This document shows positions 8,990-19,201 of a DNA stretch of 64,000 nucleotides, piece by piece. The stretch's first letter is position 1. Each line of letters starts with the position of its first letter. The translations under genes were made by a program, and so were the position numbers. The notes beneath the pieces were generated by a model, which did no database searches, was not told where the DNA came from, and saw only the letters and a program-made list of their open reading frames with translations. Source of the DNA: an uncultured Bacilli bacterium (lineage in GTDB: Bacteria > Bacillota_I > Bacilli_A > RF39 > UBA660); the NCBI GenBank assembly GCA_934096265.1, contig CAKOLI010000001.1:77512-141511 (forward strand), in the 5' to 3' direction.

Positions 8990-9241
8990 GATTGCTAAAA
9001 AATGCGTACGTTTTAATTTGTTATTTTGCCTTTAAAATTTTTTTGTTTTTTATAATTTACTATTTCCATATCTGTGCTCAAGTTAAATAAATCGCGTAAA
9101 GCATCTGTTATACTAGTTCTTTCGTATTCAGGCTCAAATTCTAAACCTTTTTGTTCTAACATTATCATTTTTCCCATCTCCTTTTAACAATTTTTAATAT
9201 CTCATTAATATTGCCAATTAAATTTGTGGTTAAACCATTCT

Positions 9242-9269
9242 TAAACCTAACACACTACAAATAAATATA
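9242..9269 (+). repeat. imperfect direct repeat, right copy
   Basis: See 7675..7705. Confidence 0.55.
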
Positions 9270-9274
9270 TCTAT

Positions 9275-9304
9275 AAAGAGGCTTATCTAAGCTTCTTTTA
9301 TTTA
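9275..9304 (+). terminator. intrinsic terminator, probably the original terminator of the 5880..7664 gene
   Basis: AAAGAGGCTTA-TC-TAAGCTTCTTT followed by a T-rich run, immediately after the right direct repeat. Confidence 0.5.
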
Positions 9305-9384
9305 GAAAACTTTATCTATATCTATTTACAAAAAAGATAAAAAAATATATAATTATGTATATAGTAGATAGGAGGATCTTTCAT

Positions 9385-9603
9385 ATGCACTTAAACTTAA
9401 ATAGAAAAGGACAAACCTTAGTAGAATATGTTTTAATTATTTCACTAGTAACTGTATTAGCAATAGGACTAGTAAAATATTTTGGAGGCTATCTTAAAGA
9501 TTCCGTTACTAAAATGAGTTGTAATATGTCTGGCAAAGAGTATGTAGAAGGCAAAAAAGTTGGCGAAGCCTACTGTAGGGGAGACGAAGACCGTATCTCT
9601 TAG
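9385..9603 (+). CDS. flp: Flp/Fap-type pilin
   Basis: MHLNLNRKGQTLVEYVLIISLVTVLAIGLV carries the G/xxxxEY Flp prepilin motif. The ATG at 9385 follows GGAGG. It is the first gene of the tad locus. Confidence 0.75.
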   Translation: MHLNLNRKGQTLVEYVLIISLVTVLAIGLVKYFGGYLKDSVTKMSCNMSGKEYVEGKKVGEAYCRGDEDRIS

Positions 9604-9625
9604 ACTATTAAGGATGTGATTAGTT

Positions 9626-9958
9626 ATGAATAATAAAGGACAAGCATTAATAGAATTTGTTCTTATATTACCTGTTTTTATTATGATGTTATTTCTAGTT
9701 ATAGATTTTGGTAATATATATAGTAAAAAAGCTAATTTAGAAAATGATACTAATGACATTGTATCTTTACTTAAAAATGGTAAAGATTTTAATGAGATAA
9801 AAGAAATATATAAAAATTATATGATTAATATTAGTTATATAGATGATTATGAAAAAGTAACTGTAGTAAATTATGTAGATTTAATTACTCCAGGACTATC
9901 TAAAATAATAAGTAGTCCATATGAAGTAAAAATAGAAAGATATATATATTATGAATAA
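9626..9958 (+). CDS. TadE-like pseudopilin
   Basis: N-terminus NNKGQALIEFVLILPVFIMMLFLVIDFG is the TadE-like motif. Confidence 0.7.
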   Translation: MNNKGQALIEFVLILPVFIMMLFLVIDFGNIYSKKANLENDTNDIVSLLKNGKDFNEIKEIYKNYMINISYIDDYEKVTVVNYVDLITPGLSKIISSPYEVKIERYIYYE

Positions 9959-10325
9959 ACTAAATAATAAAGGACAAGTACTTGTTACTTTTATATGTAT
10001 GTTACCTATACTTATTGCTATTATAGGTGTAGTAGTGGATACTAATAACATGGTATATGAAAAAAGCAAATTAGAAAGTATAAATGTTCTGGCTACTACT
10101 TATTATAAAGAACATATAACAGATATAGACGTAACTAATAAAACAGTTGCTTTAATTAAGAAAAATGATAGTAATATTATTAATATAAATATAGATAAAA
10201 TTAATAAAAAAATATTATTAGATAAGAAAATAGATAGTATTTTTGGTAAAATTATAGGTATTAAAGAATATGAAATTGTAAGTATTTATACCTATCAAGA
10301 TGATATAATTAAAAGAGTAAAGTAG
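9951..10325 (+). CDS. TadE/TadG-like pilus assembly protein
   Basis: N-terminus [27 protein letters not shown]. Overlaps the upstream gene. Confidence 0.6.
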   Translation: MNKLNNKGQVLVTFICMLPILIAIIGVVVDTNNMVYEKSKLESINVLATTYYKEHITDIDVTNKTVALIKKNDSNIININIDKINKKILLDKKIDSIFGKIIGIKEYEIVSIYTYQDDIIKRVK

Positions 10326-10333
10326 GTGTTAAT

Positions 10334-11098
10334 ATGGCTAGTAATTTAGGTAGAGTTATATCTATATCCTCAGTAAAAGGAGGAGTAGGTAAAACAACTT
10401 TTTGTATCAATTTAGCGGGTATACTTCACCTAATGAAAAAGAAAGTATTACTTATAGACTTAGATCTTCACAGTGGAGGACTTGCTACTATCTTAGATAT
10501 CAAAAATAAAAAAGATATCTTCATGCTAGTAGATAGCATTAATAATAATCGTTTTACTACCCTAGGAGACTATGTTACTAAATATAATGATAACATTGAT
10601 GTTTTAGCATGTCCTAAAGATCCTCGTGTTGCAAGTAAGGTAGAATCTAAATACTTACCTCTTATCTTTGATATGGCAAAACATAACTACGATATCATCT
10701 TAGTAGATACCTCTCATATCCTAGATTACATTAATCTAACTATTATGGATTATAGCTACTTAAGCCTATTTATTATTACTAATGATATAGTAGATTTAAA
10801 AAACATGAAAAGCTTAGTAAGTATCTTTAATGATGCATCTAAAACAAACTACTTAACTATATTAAATAACTCAAGAGATACAGGTAAAGACTACTTAACT
10901 AACTATGATATACGTAATATTATTAAATGCAACATAGATTATACTATCTCTAAGAACTTATATATTAAAAATATAGATAAATACATCTTAAATGGAGAAA
11001 TACCCTTAATAAATAAAAATATTATGCGTTTTCATTCTAAAGATGTAGATATAATGAAAAAAATAGCTAATCGCTTATTAGAAGGAGGCATCAAATAA
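10334..11098 (+). CDS. CpaE/TadZ-like ParA/MinD-family ATPase
   Basis: Deviant Walker [11 protein letters not shown]. Position is between the pseudopilins and cpaF. Confidence 0.7.
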   Translation: MASNLGRVISISSVKGGVGKTTFCINLAGILHLMKKKVLLIDLDLHSGGLATILDIKNKKDIFMLVDSINNNRFTTLGDYVTKYNDNIDVLACPKDPRVASKVESKYLPLIFDMAKHNYDIILVDTSHILDYINLTIMDYSYLSLFIITNDIVDLKNMKSLVSIFNDASKTNYLTILNNSRDTGKDYLTNYDIRNIIKCNIDYTISKNLYIKNIDKYILNGEIPLINKNIMRFHSKDVDIMKKIANRLLEGGIK

Positions 11099-12423
11099 TG
11101 GCAAAAAAAAGCTTAGTAGAAATATTTGATATAACTCCTAATCAACAAGAATATAAAATTATTAAAGATTATGATATTATACCAGATAAAAAACTACTTG
11201 ATAATCTGAGAAATAAAATTATAACTAACTTAATAGATAATAATATCCCAGATGATAAATTATTAGAACAATATATAAATGATGAAATAGATGAGACCCT
11301 AGTAGGCTATGATTTAGGTACCATAGAAAGAAACCATATCTTTAATTTAATTCAAAATGAAATAAATGGCTATGGTCCTATTACAGAACTATTATCAGAT
11401 GACTCTGTTACCGAAATAATGGTAAATGGACCTGATGAAATATATGTAGAAATAGATGGACGTATTATTAAAGATGATAGTGTATCTTTTATAAATGATA
11501 ACCATATCATAAGAACTATTCAAAGAATAGTACAACCCCTAGGCAGAACAATAGACGCTTCTACCCCCATGGTGGATGCTAGATTAAAAGATGGTTCAAG
11601 ATTAAATGCAATTATTCCACCACTATCTTTAAAAGGACCAGTTCTAACAATAAGAAAATTCTCTAAAAATCTTGCAAACATAGAAGACGTCTTAAGAAAA
11701 GGAACCATGACAATAGACATGGCCAAATTCTTAGAAGCGTCTGTAAAAGCTAAATTAAATATCATTATATGTGGAGGTACTGGTACAGGTAAAACCTCAC
11801 TATTAAATATTCTATCTAGCTTTATAGACGATAGCGAAAGAATAATTACTATAGAAGATGCCGCGGAATTAAGATTACACCAAAACCATGTAATATCCCT
11901 AGAAACTAGATTAGTAGGCTATGAAGGAACTGGTGAAATAACAATACGTGATTTAGTTAGAAACTCCCTTAGAATGAGACCAGATCGTATAATAGTAGGA
12001 GAAGTAAGAGGTAAAGAAGCCTTTGATATGCTACAAGCCATGAATACAGGACACGAAGGCTCATTAAGCACCCTACATGCTAACTCCCCAGAAGATGCCT
12101 TAAATAGACTAGAAACCATGCTACTTATGAATGATATGGAAATACCAGTATCTGCAGCAAGAGGCTACATTGAAAAAGCTATTAACCTAATAGTAAACGT
12201 AGAAAGATTATCTGATGGAAGAAGAAAAGTAACTAGCATAAGCGAAGTAGTAGGCATGGTAGATGGAAATATCAAAATAAAAGAAATATTTGCCTTCAAA
12301 CAAAAAGGCCTAACTAGTAATAATGAAGTAATAGGAGAATTTTTAACATATAAAAGAGTACCTAAAGTATATGACAAAATCAAAAGAGCGGGCATTACCA
12401 CTCTAAAAGACCTATTTGGTTAA
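11098..12423 (+). CDS. cpaF: CpaF/TadA secretion ATPase
   Basis: Walker [10 protein letters not shown], the IIVGEVRG box and a [11 protein letters not shown] His box. Confidence 0.9.
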   Translation: MAKKSLVEIFDITPNQQEYKIIKDYDIIPDKKLLDNLRNKIITNLIDNNIPDDKLLEQYINDEIDETLVGYDLGTIERNHIFNLIQNEINGYGPITELLSDDSVTEIMVNGPDEIYVEIDGRIIKDDSVSFINDNHIIRTIQRIVQPLGRTIDASTPMVDARLKDGSRLNAIIPPLSLKGPVLTIRKFSKNLANIEDVLRKGTMTIDMAKFLEASVKAKLNIIICGGTGTGKTSLLNILSSFIDDSERIITIEDAAELRLHQNHVISLETRLVGYEGTGEITIRDLVRNSLRMRPDRIIVGEVRGKEAFDMLQAMNTGHEGSLSTLHANSPEDALNRLETMLLMNDMEIPVSAARGYIEKAINLIVNVERLSDGRRKVTSISEVVGMVDGNIKIKEIFAFKQKGLTSNNEVIGEFLTYKRVPKVYDKIKRAGITTLKDLFG

Positions 12424-12447
12424 ATATAAATAAAGGAGTTGATAACA

Positions 12448-13452
12448 ATGGATAATAATATTAAATTACTTATATTTCAGGTAATCATTATACTAGTTCT
12501 ATCTATTGTTATCATATACCTAATAAGACAAAACATATCTATTCGTTTTGAAAGAAGAATAGGTAGATACAGCATCTCTCCATTAAAAAGCAAAGATAAA
12601 TCAGTAATGGAAATAATTACCTCAAAATATCATAACCTAATAATTAAATTACGTAAATACATCTCTCGCATATTCCTATTTAGAATTATCTCTAAAAAGT
12701 ATGATAAATATATAACCTATGGAGAAGCAGATAATATATCTGCGATAGACTTTGTAACCCAAAAATTATTTATTGCTACCTCCTTTGTCTTACTAACAAT
12801 ATTCTCTCAAGTACTCCAAACAAGAGTAGTAACTATAATAGAACTAATAATAAACTTTTGCATTGGCTATTATATCTTAGATATATATATGTATTATCAT
12901 CATAAAATGAAATTAAAGAAAATGGAATCTCAAATCTTAAAAGCGGTCATTATTATGAATAATGCTTTTAAAGCGGGCAAATCTACCATTCAAGCCGTAG
13001 AAATAGCTAAAAACAAACTAGAATATCCCTTAAACGTAGAATTTAAAAAAATATATAATGATATAAAATATGGCCTTTCAATAGAAGTAGTATTCCAAAG
13101 ATTTGCCAAAAGAGTAGATATAAAAGAAGTAAAATACTTATCATCTTCACTAACTATCCTAAACAAAACAGGAGGAAACATCGTAGAAGTATTCTCTTCC
13201 ATAGAAAAGTCTTTATTTGATAACAAAAAACTAAAAGAAGAACTAAGAAACTTAACCGTAAGTACCAACCTAGTAGTAAGAATACTCATGTTTTTACCGT
13301 TTATCTTAGTCATGCTAATATATATATTAAACAAAGATTATTTCAACCCACTATTTACATCTATCTTAGGTTATGTTGTATTAGTATTAATATTTACTAT
13401 CTTAATAATGTATATATATTTCTTAGAAAAGATAATGAAAGTTAAGGTGTAA
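12448..13452 (+). CDS. tadB: TadB-like type II secretion F-domain membrane protein
   Basis: Polytopic membrane protein directly after cpaF. The ATG at 12448 follows AAAGGAG. Confidence 0.7.
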   Translation: MDNNIKLLIFQVIIILVLSIVIIYLIRQNISIRFERRIGRYSISPLKSKDKSVMEIITSKYHNLIIKLRKYISRIFLFRIISKKYDKYITYGEADNISAIDFVTQKLFIATSFVLLTIFSQVLQTRVVTIIELIINFCIGYYILDIYMYYHHKMKLKKMESQILKAVIIMNNAFKAGKSTIQAVEIAKNKLEYPLNVEFKKIYNDIKYGLSIEVVFQRFAKRVDIKEVKYLSSSLTILNKTGGNIVEVFSSIEKSLFDNKKLKEELRNLTVSTNLVVRILMFLPFILVMLIYILNKDYFNPLFTSILGYVVLVLIFTILIMYIYFLEKIMKVKV

Positions 13453-13454
13453 CT

Positions 13455-14153
13455 ATGAAGAAAAATGAATTATCTAAAAAAATTTATAACGAAAAAACCA
13501 TCAAAAAAACAGAAAAAAAAATAAAACTACTAGGTTTAAATAACAAAATAGATACTATCGAATTTCTAAATATAAGACTATTTACATCTATAATATTATT
13601 CTTTGTAATCATGTATATAACTTCCTTTGGATATGTCTTAGCTCCAACTATAACATGTGCATATTATCTTTTATGTGATAAAATACTTCTTGATAACAAG
13701 ATTAAAAAAAGAAGAAAAAGCCTAGAAGATGAAGCAATGCATTTCTTTGAAGTATTAACTCTCTCATTACAAACAGGAAGAAACCTAGAAGAAGCCTTTG
13801 TTATAACTACTAATACCGTAGACTCTTCCTTGTCACTAGAATTTAAAGAAGCTCTAAGAGAAGTAAAATACGGTAAAAGTCTAACAGAAGCATTACTATC
13901 TGTCCAAGAAAAAATCCCTTCTGAAACTATAAATAACATTATTCTAACTCTCACTCAAGCGGATTTATACGGAAGTAGCATTATAGATACTATGAATAAT
14001 CAAATAGATTATATTAGAGAAAAAAGAAAACTAGAAATTAAAGCAATGATTTCTAAAGTACCAATAAAAGTTAGTATTATATCAGTATTATTCTTTGTAC
14101 CCTTAATACTATTAATAATACTATCCCCAGTAATATTAACATATATAAGTTAA
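13455..14153 (+). CDS. tadC: TadC-like type II secretion F-domain membrane protein
   Basis: Second F-domain paralogue, with a GKSLTEAL motif region and a C-terminal TM. Confidence 0.7.
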   Translation: MKKNELSKKIYNEKTIKKTEKKIKLLGLNNKIDTIEFLNIRLFTSIILFFVIMYITSFGYVLAPTITCAYYLLCDKILLDNKIKKRRKSLEDEAMHFFEVLTLSLQTGRNLEEAFVITTNTVDSSLSLEFKEALREVKYGKSLTEALLSVQEKIPSETINNIILTLTQADLYGSSIIDTMNNQIDYIREKRKLEIKAMISKVPIKVSIISVLFFVPLILLIILSPVILTYIS

Positions 14154-14248
14154 ATTACATAAAAAAGAAAAAAGTTAGTTGTTTTTTTCACATTTTTATG
14201 ATAAAATTATCATTAGAATAGTAAAGTAGATTAAAGGAGAGATTTTAT

Positions 14249-14638
14249 ATGGCTTTTAATAAAATAAAAAATATGTTTAACATAGAAGAAGAAAGCAAGA
14301 ATAATGAGGATGAATACTATAGTGCAACAGATATGACAATTCCATCTAACGGAGGGAAAATGATTCTTTTAGAACCACGTGCGTTTTCTGAAAGCCAACA
14401 AATCGCAGACCACTTAAAGAAAAGAAACACAGTAGTAGTTAATATGAAAAGAATTACTCCTGATGGAGCAAAAAGAATTGTCGACTTCTTAAGTGGCACA
14501 GTATATGCCATCGGAGGAGACCTACAAAAAATAGGCTCTGGTATCTTTTTATGTACCCCTAAAAATATTAACGTAGAAGGAAAAATAACTGAAGATGATG
14601 GCAAAAAAAAAGATGATGATTTAGAAATCGAATGGTAA
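14249..14638 (+). CDS. sepF: cell division protein SepF
   Basis: The core [28 protein letters not shown]...[23 protein letters not shown] is typical of SepF. sepF-divIVA-ileS synteny. Confidence 0.85.
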   Translation: MAFNKIKNMFNIEEESKNNEDEYYSATDMTIPSNGGKMILLEPRAFSESQQIADHLKKRNTVVVNMKRITPDGAKRIVDFLSGTVYAIGGDLQKIGSGIFLCTPKNINVEGKITEDDGKKKDDDLEIEW

Positions 14639-14669
14639 AAGTATTTCAGTATTAAGTGAGGTGATTCAT

Positions 14670-15119
14670 ATGAAAAATTTTAGTATAACTTCTTCTGGAT
14701 ATAGTCAAACAGAAGTAAATCAATTCGTTGATATAGTTATTGCTAGATTAGAAAAGTTAGTTAAAGATAATAATACTCTTCTTGCACAAAATAAAAAACT
14801 AACTAAAGAAATAGAAACACTAAAAGAACAAAACAAAGAATCATATGACCTAGAAGCCAAACTAAATAAAGCTATTATCGCCGTTCAAGAAACAAGTGAC
14901 AGAATGAAAGAACTAGCAAGAAGAGAAAGTGCTATGATAATAGAAGATGCTAAAAGAAATGCTAATGCTATTGTCCATGAAGCTCTAATAAATGCAGAAA
15001 AAACCGAAAACCAAACTCAAATGCTAAGAAAAAATATTAAAGTATATAAAAATAGGGTAAAAAGTCTATTGCAATCCCAATTAGAAATCGCAGAAGAATT
15101 AGACAAAACAGAAATTTAA
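14670..15119 (+). CDS. divIVA: DivIVA-domain protein
   Basis: N-terminus FSITSSGYSQTEVNQFVD followed by coiled coil. Confidence 0.8.
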   Translation: MKNFSITSSGYSQTEVNQFVDIVIARLEKLVKDNNTLLAQNKKLTKEIETLKEQNKESYDLEAKLNKAIIAVQETSDRMKELARRESAMIIEDAKRNANAIVHEALINAEKTENQTQMLRKNIKVYKNRVKSLLQSQLEIAEELDKTEI

Positions 15120-15182
15120 AACAAAAACCCCTTGTTTTATTGCTTAATATGTGGTATATTAAGTATCAGTTTATAAAAACAC

Positions 15183-15407
15183 ACGCGGAAGACGTAGTTA
15201 AAACAAATTATTCATAGAGAACTTTCAAATAGGTGAAAAGAAAGTAATAATCTTTAACTAAAATCACTTCCAATGTTTTTAATTGATATGTAAATTAAAA
15301 CGGCAGTACCGTTATAACTATTAAGAGCGTAGATAATTCTATGAATTTAAGGTGGTACCGCGGAAAGTATAGTTCGTCCTTATACATAATTGTATAAGGA
15401 TTTTTTT
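15183..15407 (+). promoter_or_regulatory. T-box riboswitch, Ile specifier
   Basis: AGAGA and GGTGAAAA stem-I motifs. Candidate specifier is AAA-AUC-A at 15263-15265, just before the CUUCC/GGAAG base helix. T-box sequence AATTTAAGGTGGTACCGCGG. Terminator TCCTTATACA/TGTATAAGGA plus T7. Confidence 0.9.
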
Positions 15408-15424
15408 ATGAAAGGATTGATATT

Positions 15425-18400
15425 ATGTTTAAAGAACTAGAAAAGAAAAAAGCATACGAAGTAGAAGAGGGCTATATCAAATATTGGAAAGACCATGATA
15501 TATTAAATAAATCTATAGAAAACAAAGATAAAACCTTTGTCTTTTATGATGGACCAATATACGCTAACGCTAAACCAGGTATTCATCATGTCCTAGCCAA
15601 AACAATAAAAGATGCCTTCTGTAAATACAAATCCATGAATGGTTACAAAGTATTAAGAAAAATAGGCCTAGATACCCATGGATTACCTATTGAAGTAAAC
15701 GTTGAAAAAAAACTAGGCTTCAAAAGCAAATCAGATATAGAAGAGTATGGCATTGAAAACTTCTGTAAAGAATGCAACAAAGCTACTGCCCTAAACATAG
15801 ATGAAGTAAATCTTCTTACTGATAAAATGGGCCAATTTATAGATAGTACTAATCCTTATATAACTTGTAGTAATGAATACATCGAATCTGAATGGTGGTT
15901 ACTAAAACAAATCGCGGACAAAAACTTAATATACCATGGCAATAAAGTATTGCCGTATTGTCCTAGATGTGGTACAGAACTATCCGCTAACGAAGTATCA
16001 CAAGGATACCAAGAAGACAGCGTTAACACCGTAATAGTTCCATTTAAAATAAAAGATGAAGATACATACTTCTTAGTTTGGACTACAACCCCTTGGACCT
16101 TACTTGCTAACGTAGCTCTTTGTGTTAACCCTGATTTAGAATACATAAAAGTATTATCCAAAGGATATAAATTCATACTATCTAAATCCCTTGCGGATAA
16201 AGTATTAAAAGAAGAATACGAAATCCTAGAAACATATAAAGGTAGTGACCTCGCAGGCATTAAATACGAACAACTACTACCATATGTAAAAGTAGAAGGC
16301 AAATCCTTTGAAGTCCTAACAGACCCATATGTTACCGCAGAAGATGGCACAGGTATAGTTCATATAGCCCCTGCTTATGGAGAAGACGACAACAGAGTAT
16401 GCAAACAAAATAACATTGCTACGATTAACCCAGTAGACAAAGAAGGCCGTTACACAACAGGACCTTGGCAAGGACGCCTAGTAACAGATAAAGAATTAGA
16501 AATAGACATAATTAAATACTTAAAAGAACAAGATAAACTATTTCAAAAAATAAAAATAACCCATGATTATCCACATTGTTGGAGATGCCATAGCCCATTA
16601 ATCTACTATTCAAAAGATGCTTGGTACATAAAAACAACAGAATACAAAGATAAAATAATCTCTTGTAATAAACAAATTAACTGGTATCCAGAATACGTAG
16701 GTACTAAAAGATTTAATAATTGGCTAGAAAACATGGTTGACTGGGGAATATCAAGAAATAGATACTGGGGATGCCCTATGCCTATTTGGATATGTAAAGA
16801 TTGTAATCATACCCATGTCATAGGTTCACTAGATGAATTACAACAAATGGTAAAAGAAGAAATAGACGTAAGAAAAATTGAATTACATCGTCCATACATT
16901 GATGAAATCCATCTTAAATGCCCTCATTGCAGTGGCACTATGGAAAGAGTAAAAGACGTCCTAGACGTATGGTTTGACTCAGGAGCAATGCCTTATGCTC
17001 AATACCACTATCCATTTGAAAACAAATCCCTATTTGAAAATCAATTTCCAGCGGACTTCATCGCAGAAGGAATAGACCAAACAAGAGGATGGTTTAACTC
17101 CCTAATATGTATATCTACCATAGTATCAGGAACCTCTAGCTTTAAAAACGTAGTGGTAAACGATATGGTATTAGATGCAAATGGCAAAAAAATGAGCAAA
17201 TCAACAGGTAACATCATAGACCCAATTAAAACTATAGATACCTATGGAGCAGATACCCTAAGATGGTATATGCTATATGCCTCACCAGTATGGACTCCAC
17301 TAAAATTTGATGAGGAAGGATTAAAAGAAGTCCACTCAAAATTCCTAAATCCTCTAAAAAATACATATACCTTTTTCGCAATGTACGCTAATATAGATAA
17401 AATAGATCCAAGAACATACGAAATAGACTATAATGACCTAGAAGAAATAGATAAATGGATGCTATCTAAATTTAACCGTCTAATTAAAAATGTAAATAAT
17501 GCATACACAGAATATGACCTAAATAAAGTAACTAAATACATAACAGAATTTACTTCAGACGATTTATCTAATTGGTACATAAGAAGAAATCGTAAAAGAT
17601 TCTGGGGTAGTACACTAGATAACTCTAAAAAAGGTGTATACTATACTACCTACAAAGTCCTACTTGATTTATCTAAACTAATCGCACCTATAACACCATT
17701 TATATCTGAAGAAATATATCAAAACCTAACAGATAAAGAATCAGTTCATCTAAGCTCTTTCCCAACATACGATGATAATCTAATAAATGAACAACTAGAA
17801 AATAAAATGGACTTAGTAAGAAACATCATCTCATTAGGAAGAAGTGCTAGAGAAGATGCTAAAATAAAAGTAAGACAACCAATCAAAGAAATAATACTAG
17901 ATGGTAAAAATGAAGAAATATTAAAAGATGTAGAAGAACTAATCAAAGAAGAACTGAATGTTAAAAAACTAACATTCACTAAAGATTTATCTGCCTACAT
18001 GAACTTCACTGTTAAACCTAACTTCAAAAATGCAGGCTCAGTACTAGGAAGCAAAATGAAAGATTTCGTAAATTACCTAAATAACCTAGATGAAAATACC
18101 ATCACTGATATAAGAAATAATAAAGATATATACTTTGATAATATTAAAATAGATGCCTCTTTACTAGATATAAAGTTTAATGCTAAAGAAGGCTTTGATG
18201 TTACCATGGAAAACAATAACTTTGTTATCCTAAACACTTACTTGGATGAAGACCTACTAGATGAAGGTTTAGCAAGAGAATTTATAAGTAAAATTCAAAA
18301 CTTAAGAAAAACATCAGGTTTTGATGTAGAAAATAGAATTAATATCTATATTACCGCTAATGAAGAATTTCTAAATAGATTAAATAAAAACATAGAATAT

Positions 18401-18511
18401 GTAAAAAAAGAAACACTATGTATAAACCTAATTAACACTCCTAATAATAAAGAAACACTAGAAATAAACGATTATACTATAACTTGCACCCTAGAAATAG
18501 TAAATAAATAA
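15425..18511 (+). CDS. ileS: isoleucine--tRNA ligase
   Basis: 1028 aa with PYANAKPGIHH (HIGH region), KMSKSTGN and Zn-knuckle cysteines. Preceded by the Ile T-box. Confidence 0.95.
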   Translation: MFKELEKKKAYEVEEGYIKYWKDHDILNKSIENKDKTFVFYDGPIYANAKPGIHHVLAKTIKDAFCKYKSMNGYKVLRKIGLDTHGLPIEVNVEKKLGFKSKSDIEEYGIENFCKECNKATALNIDEVNLLTDKMGQFIDSTNPYITCSNEYIESEWWLLKQIADKNLIYHGNKVLPYCPRCGTELSANEVSQGYQEDSVNTVIVPFKIKDEDTYFLVWTTTPWTLLANVALCVNPDLEYIKVLSKGYKFILSKSLADKVLKEEYEILETYKGSDLAGIKYEQLLPYVKVEGKSFEVLTDPYVTAEDGTGIVHIAPAYGEDDNRVCKQNNIATINPVDKEGRYTTGPWQGRLVTDKELEIDIIKYLKEQDKLFQKIKITHDYPHCWRCHSPLIYYSKDAWYIKTTEYKDKIISCNKQINWYPEYVGTKRFNNWLENMVDWGISRNRYWGCPMPIWICKDCNHTHVIGSLDELQQMVKEEIDVRKIELHRPYIDEIHLKCPHCSGTMERVKDVLDVWFDSGAMPYAQYHYPFENKSLFENQFPADFIAEGIDQTRGWFNSLICISTIVSGTSSFKNVVVNDMVLDANGKKMSKSTGNIIDPIKTIDTYGADTLRWYMLYASPVWTPLKFDEEGLKEVHSKFLNPLKNTYTFFAMYANIDKIDPRTYEIDYNDLEEIDKWMLSKFNRLIKNVNNAYTEYDLNKVTKYITEFTSDDLSNWYIRRNRKRFWGSTLDNSKKGVYYTTYKVLLDLSKLIAPITPFISEEIYQNLTDKESVHLSSFPTYDDNLINEQLENKMDLVRNIISLGRSAREDAKIKVRQPIKEIILDGKNEEILKDVEELIKEELNVKKLTFTKDLSAYMNFTVKPNFKNAGSVLGSKMKDFVNYLNNLDENTITDIRNNKDIYFDNIKIDASLLDIKFNAKEGFDVTMENNNFVILNTYLDEDLLDEGLAREFISKIQNLRKTSGFDVENRINIYITANEEFLNRLNKNIEYVKKETLCINLINTPNNKETLEINDYTITCTLEIVNK

Positions 18512-18514
18512 TAT

Positions 18515-19132
18515 ATGTACTGTGCTAACTGTTGTTATCTAGACTATAATTCCCATGAATGTGGAAGATACTACTGTACTAGAAAATACGACTATCACTA
18601 CGCAGATGAAAAATCATGTACTTACTTTTGTGATAGTAAATATAGTAGTGACCTAGATACCAAATATCGTACTAAAGACCAAATGAATATGGCTATTCAA
18701 AATTCTATACATAGTAGAAATGAAGGATGCTATATCACCACTATTATCGTACATACTCTAGGATTAGGAGATAAACATAAAACTATTACCACTATTAGAA
18801 ATTTTAGAAATAACTATCTACAAAAAAACATAATATATAAAAAATTACTATTAGAATACGACCTATTAGGTCCAACTATCGCAGATTCTATAGAAAAAGA
18901 TAATAATAAAATTAAACTATCAAAAAATATCTATAATAACTATCTTATAAAAATAGAAAACGACATAACTAATAAAAACTACGAAAAAGCTATCGTAAAA
19001 TACTTAAATATGACTGAAATATTAAGACTATATTATGGAATTAACAATGTAGATATAACTAATGAAAATACATCTGATATAACATCATTAGGTCATGGCA
19101 AACCAAAAATTAGATCCTTAAATAAGGACTAA
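18515..19132 (+). CDS. hypothetical Cys-rich protein
   Basis: N-terminal C-rich module (CANCCYLDYNSHECGRYYC...), then CYITTIIVHTLGLGD...TIRNFRNNYL. This motif is also seen in ORF 61210..61515. Confidence 0.5.
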   Translation: MYCANCCYLDYNSHECGRYYCTRKYDYHYADEKSCTYFCDSKYSSDLDTKYRTKDQMNMAIQNSIHSRNEGCYITTIIVHTLGLGDKHKTITTIRNFRNNYLQKNIIYKKLLLEYDLLGPTIADSIEKDNNKIKLSKNIYNNYLIKIENDITNKNYEKAIVKYLNMTEILRLYYGINNVDITNENTSDITSLGHGKPKIRSLNKD

Positions 19133-19201
19133 TTTTTTTTAAATACTACTAATATAGACTAATATTACTAAAAAAATACCATACTATTACTGGTGAGTAA
19201 T

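Noticed and set aside
8930-8990. CCCTTATTTTATGGGG near 8956-8971 as a third copy of the G-tract repeat element (CCCTTATTTTACTAGGGG...).
   Set aside because: The similarity is limited to ~16 nt and forms the loop and stem top of an ordinary bidirectional terminator. None of the flanking arms of the 123-nt element are present.
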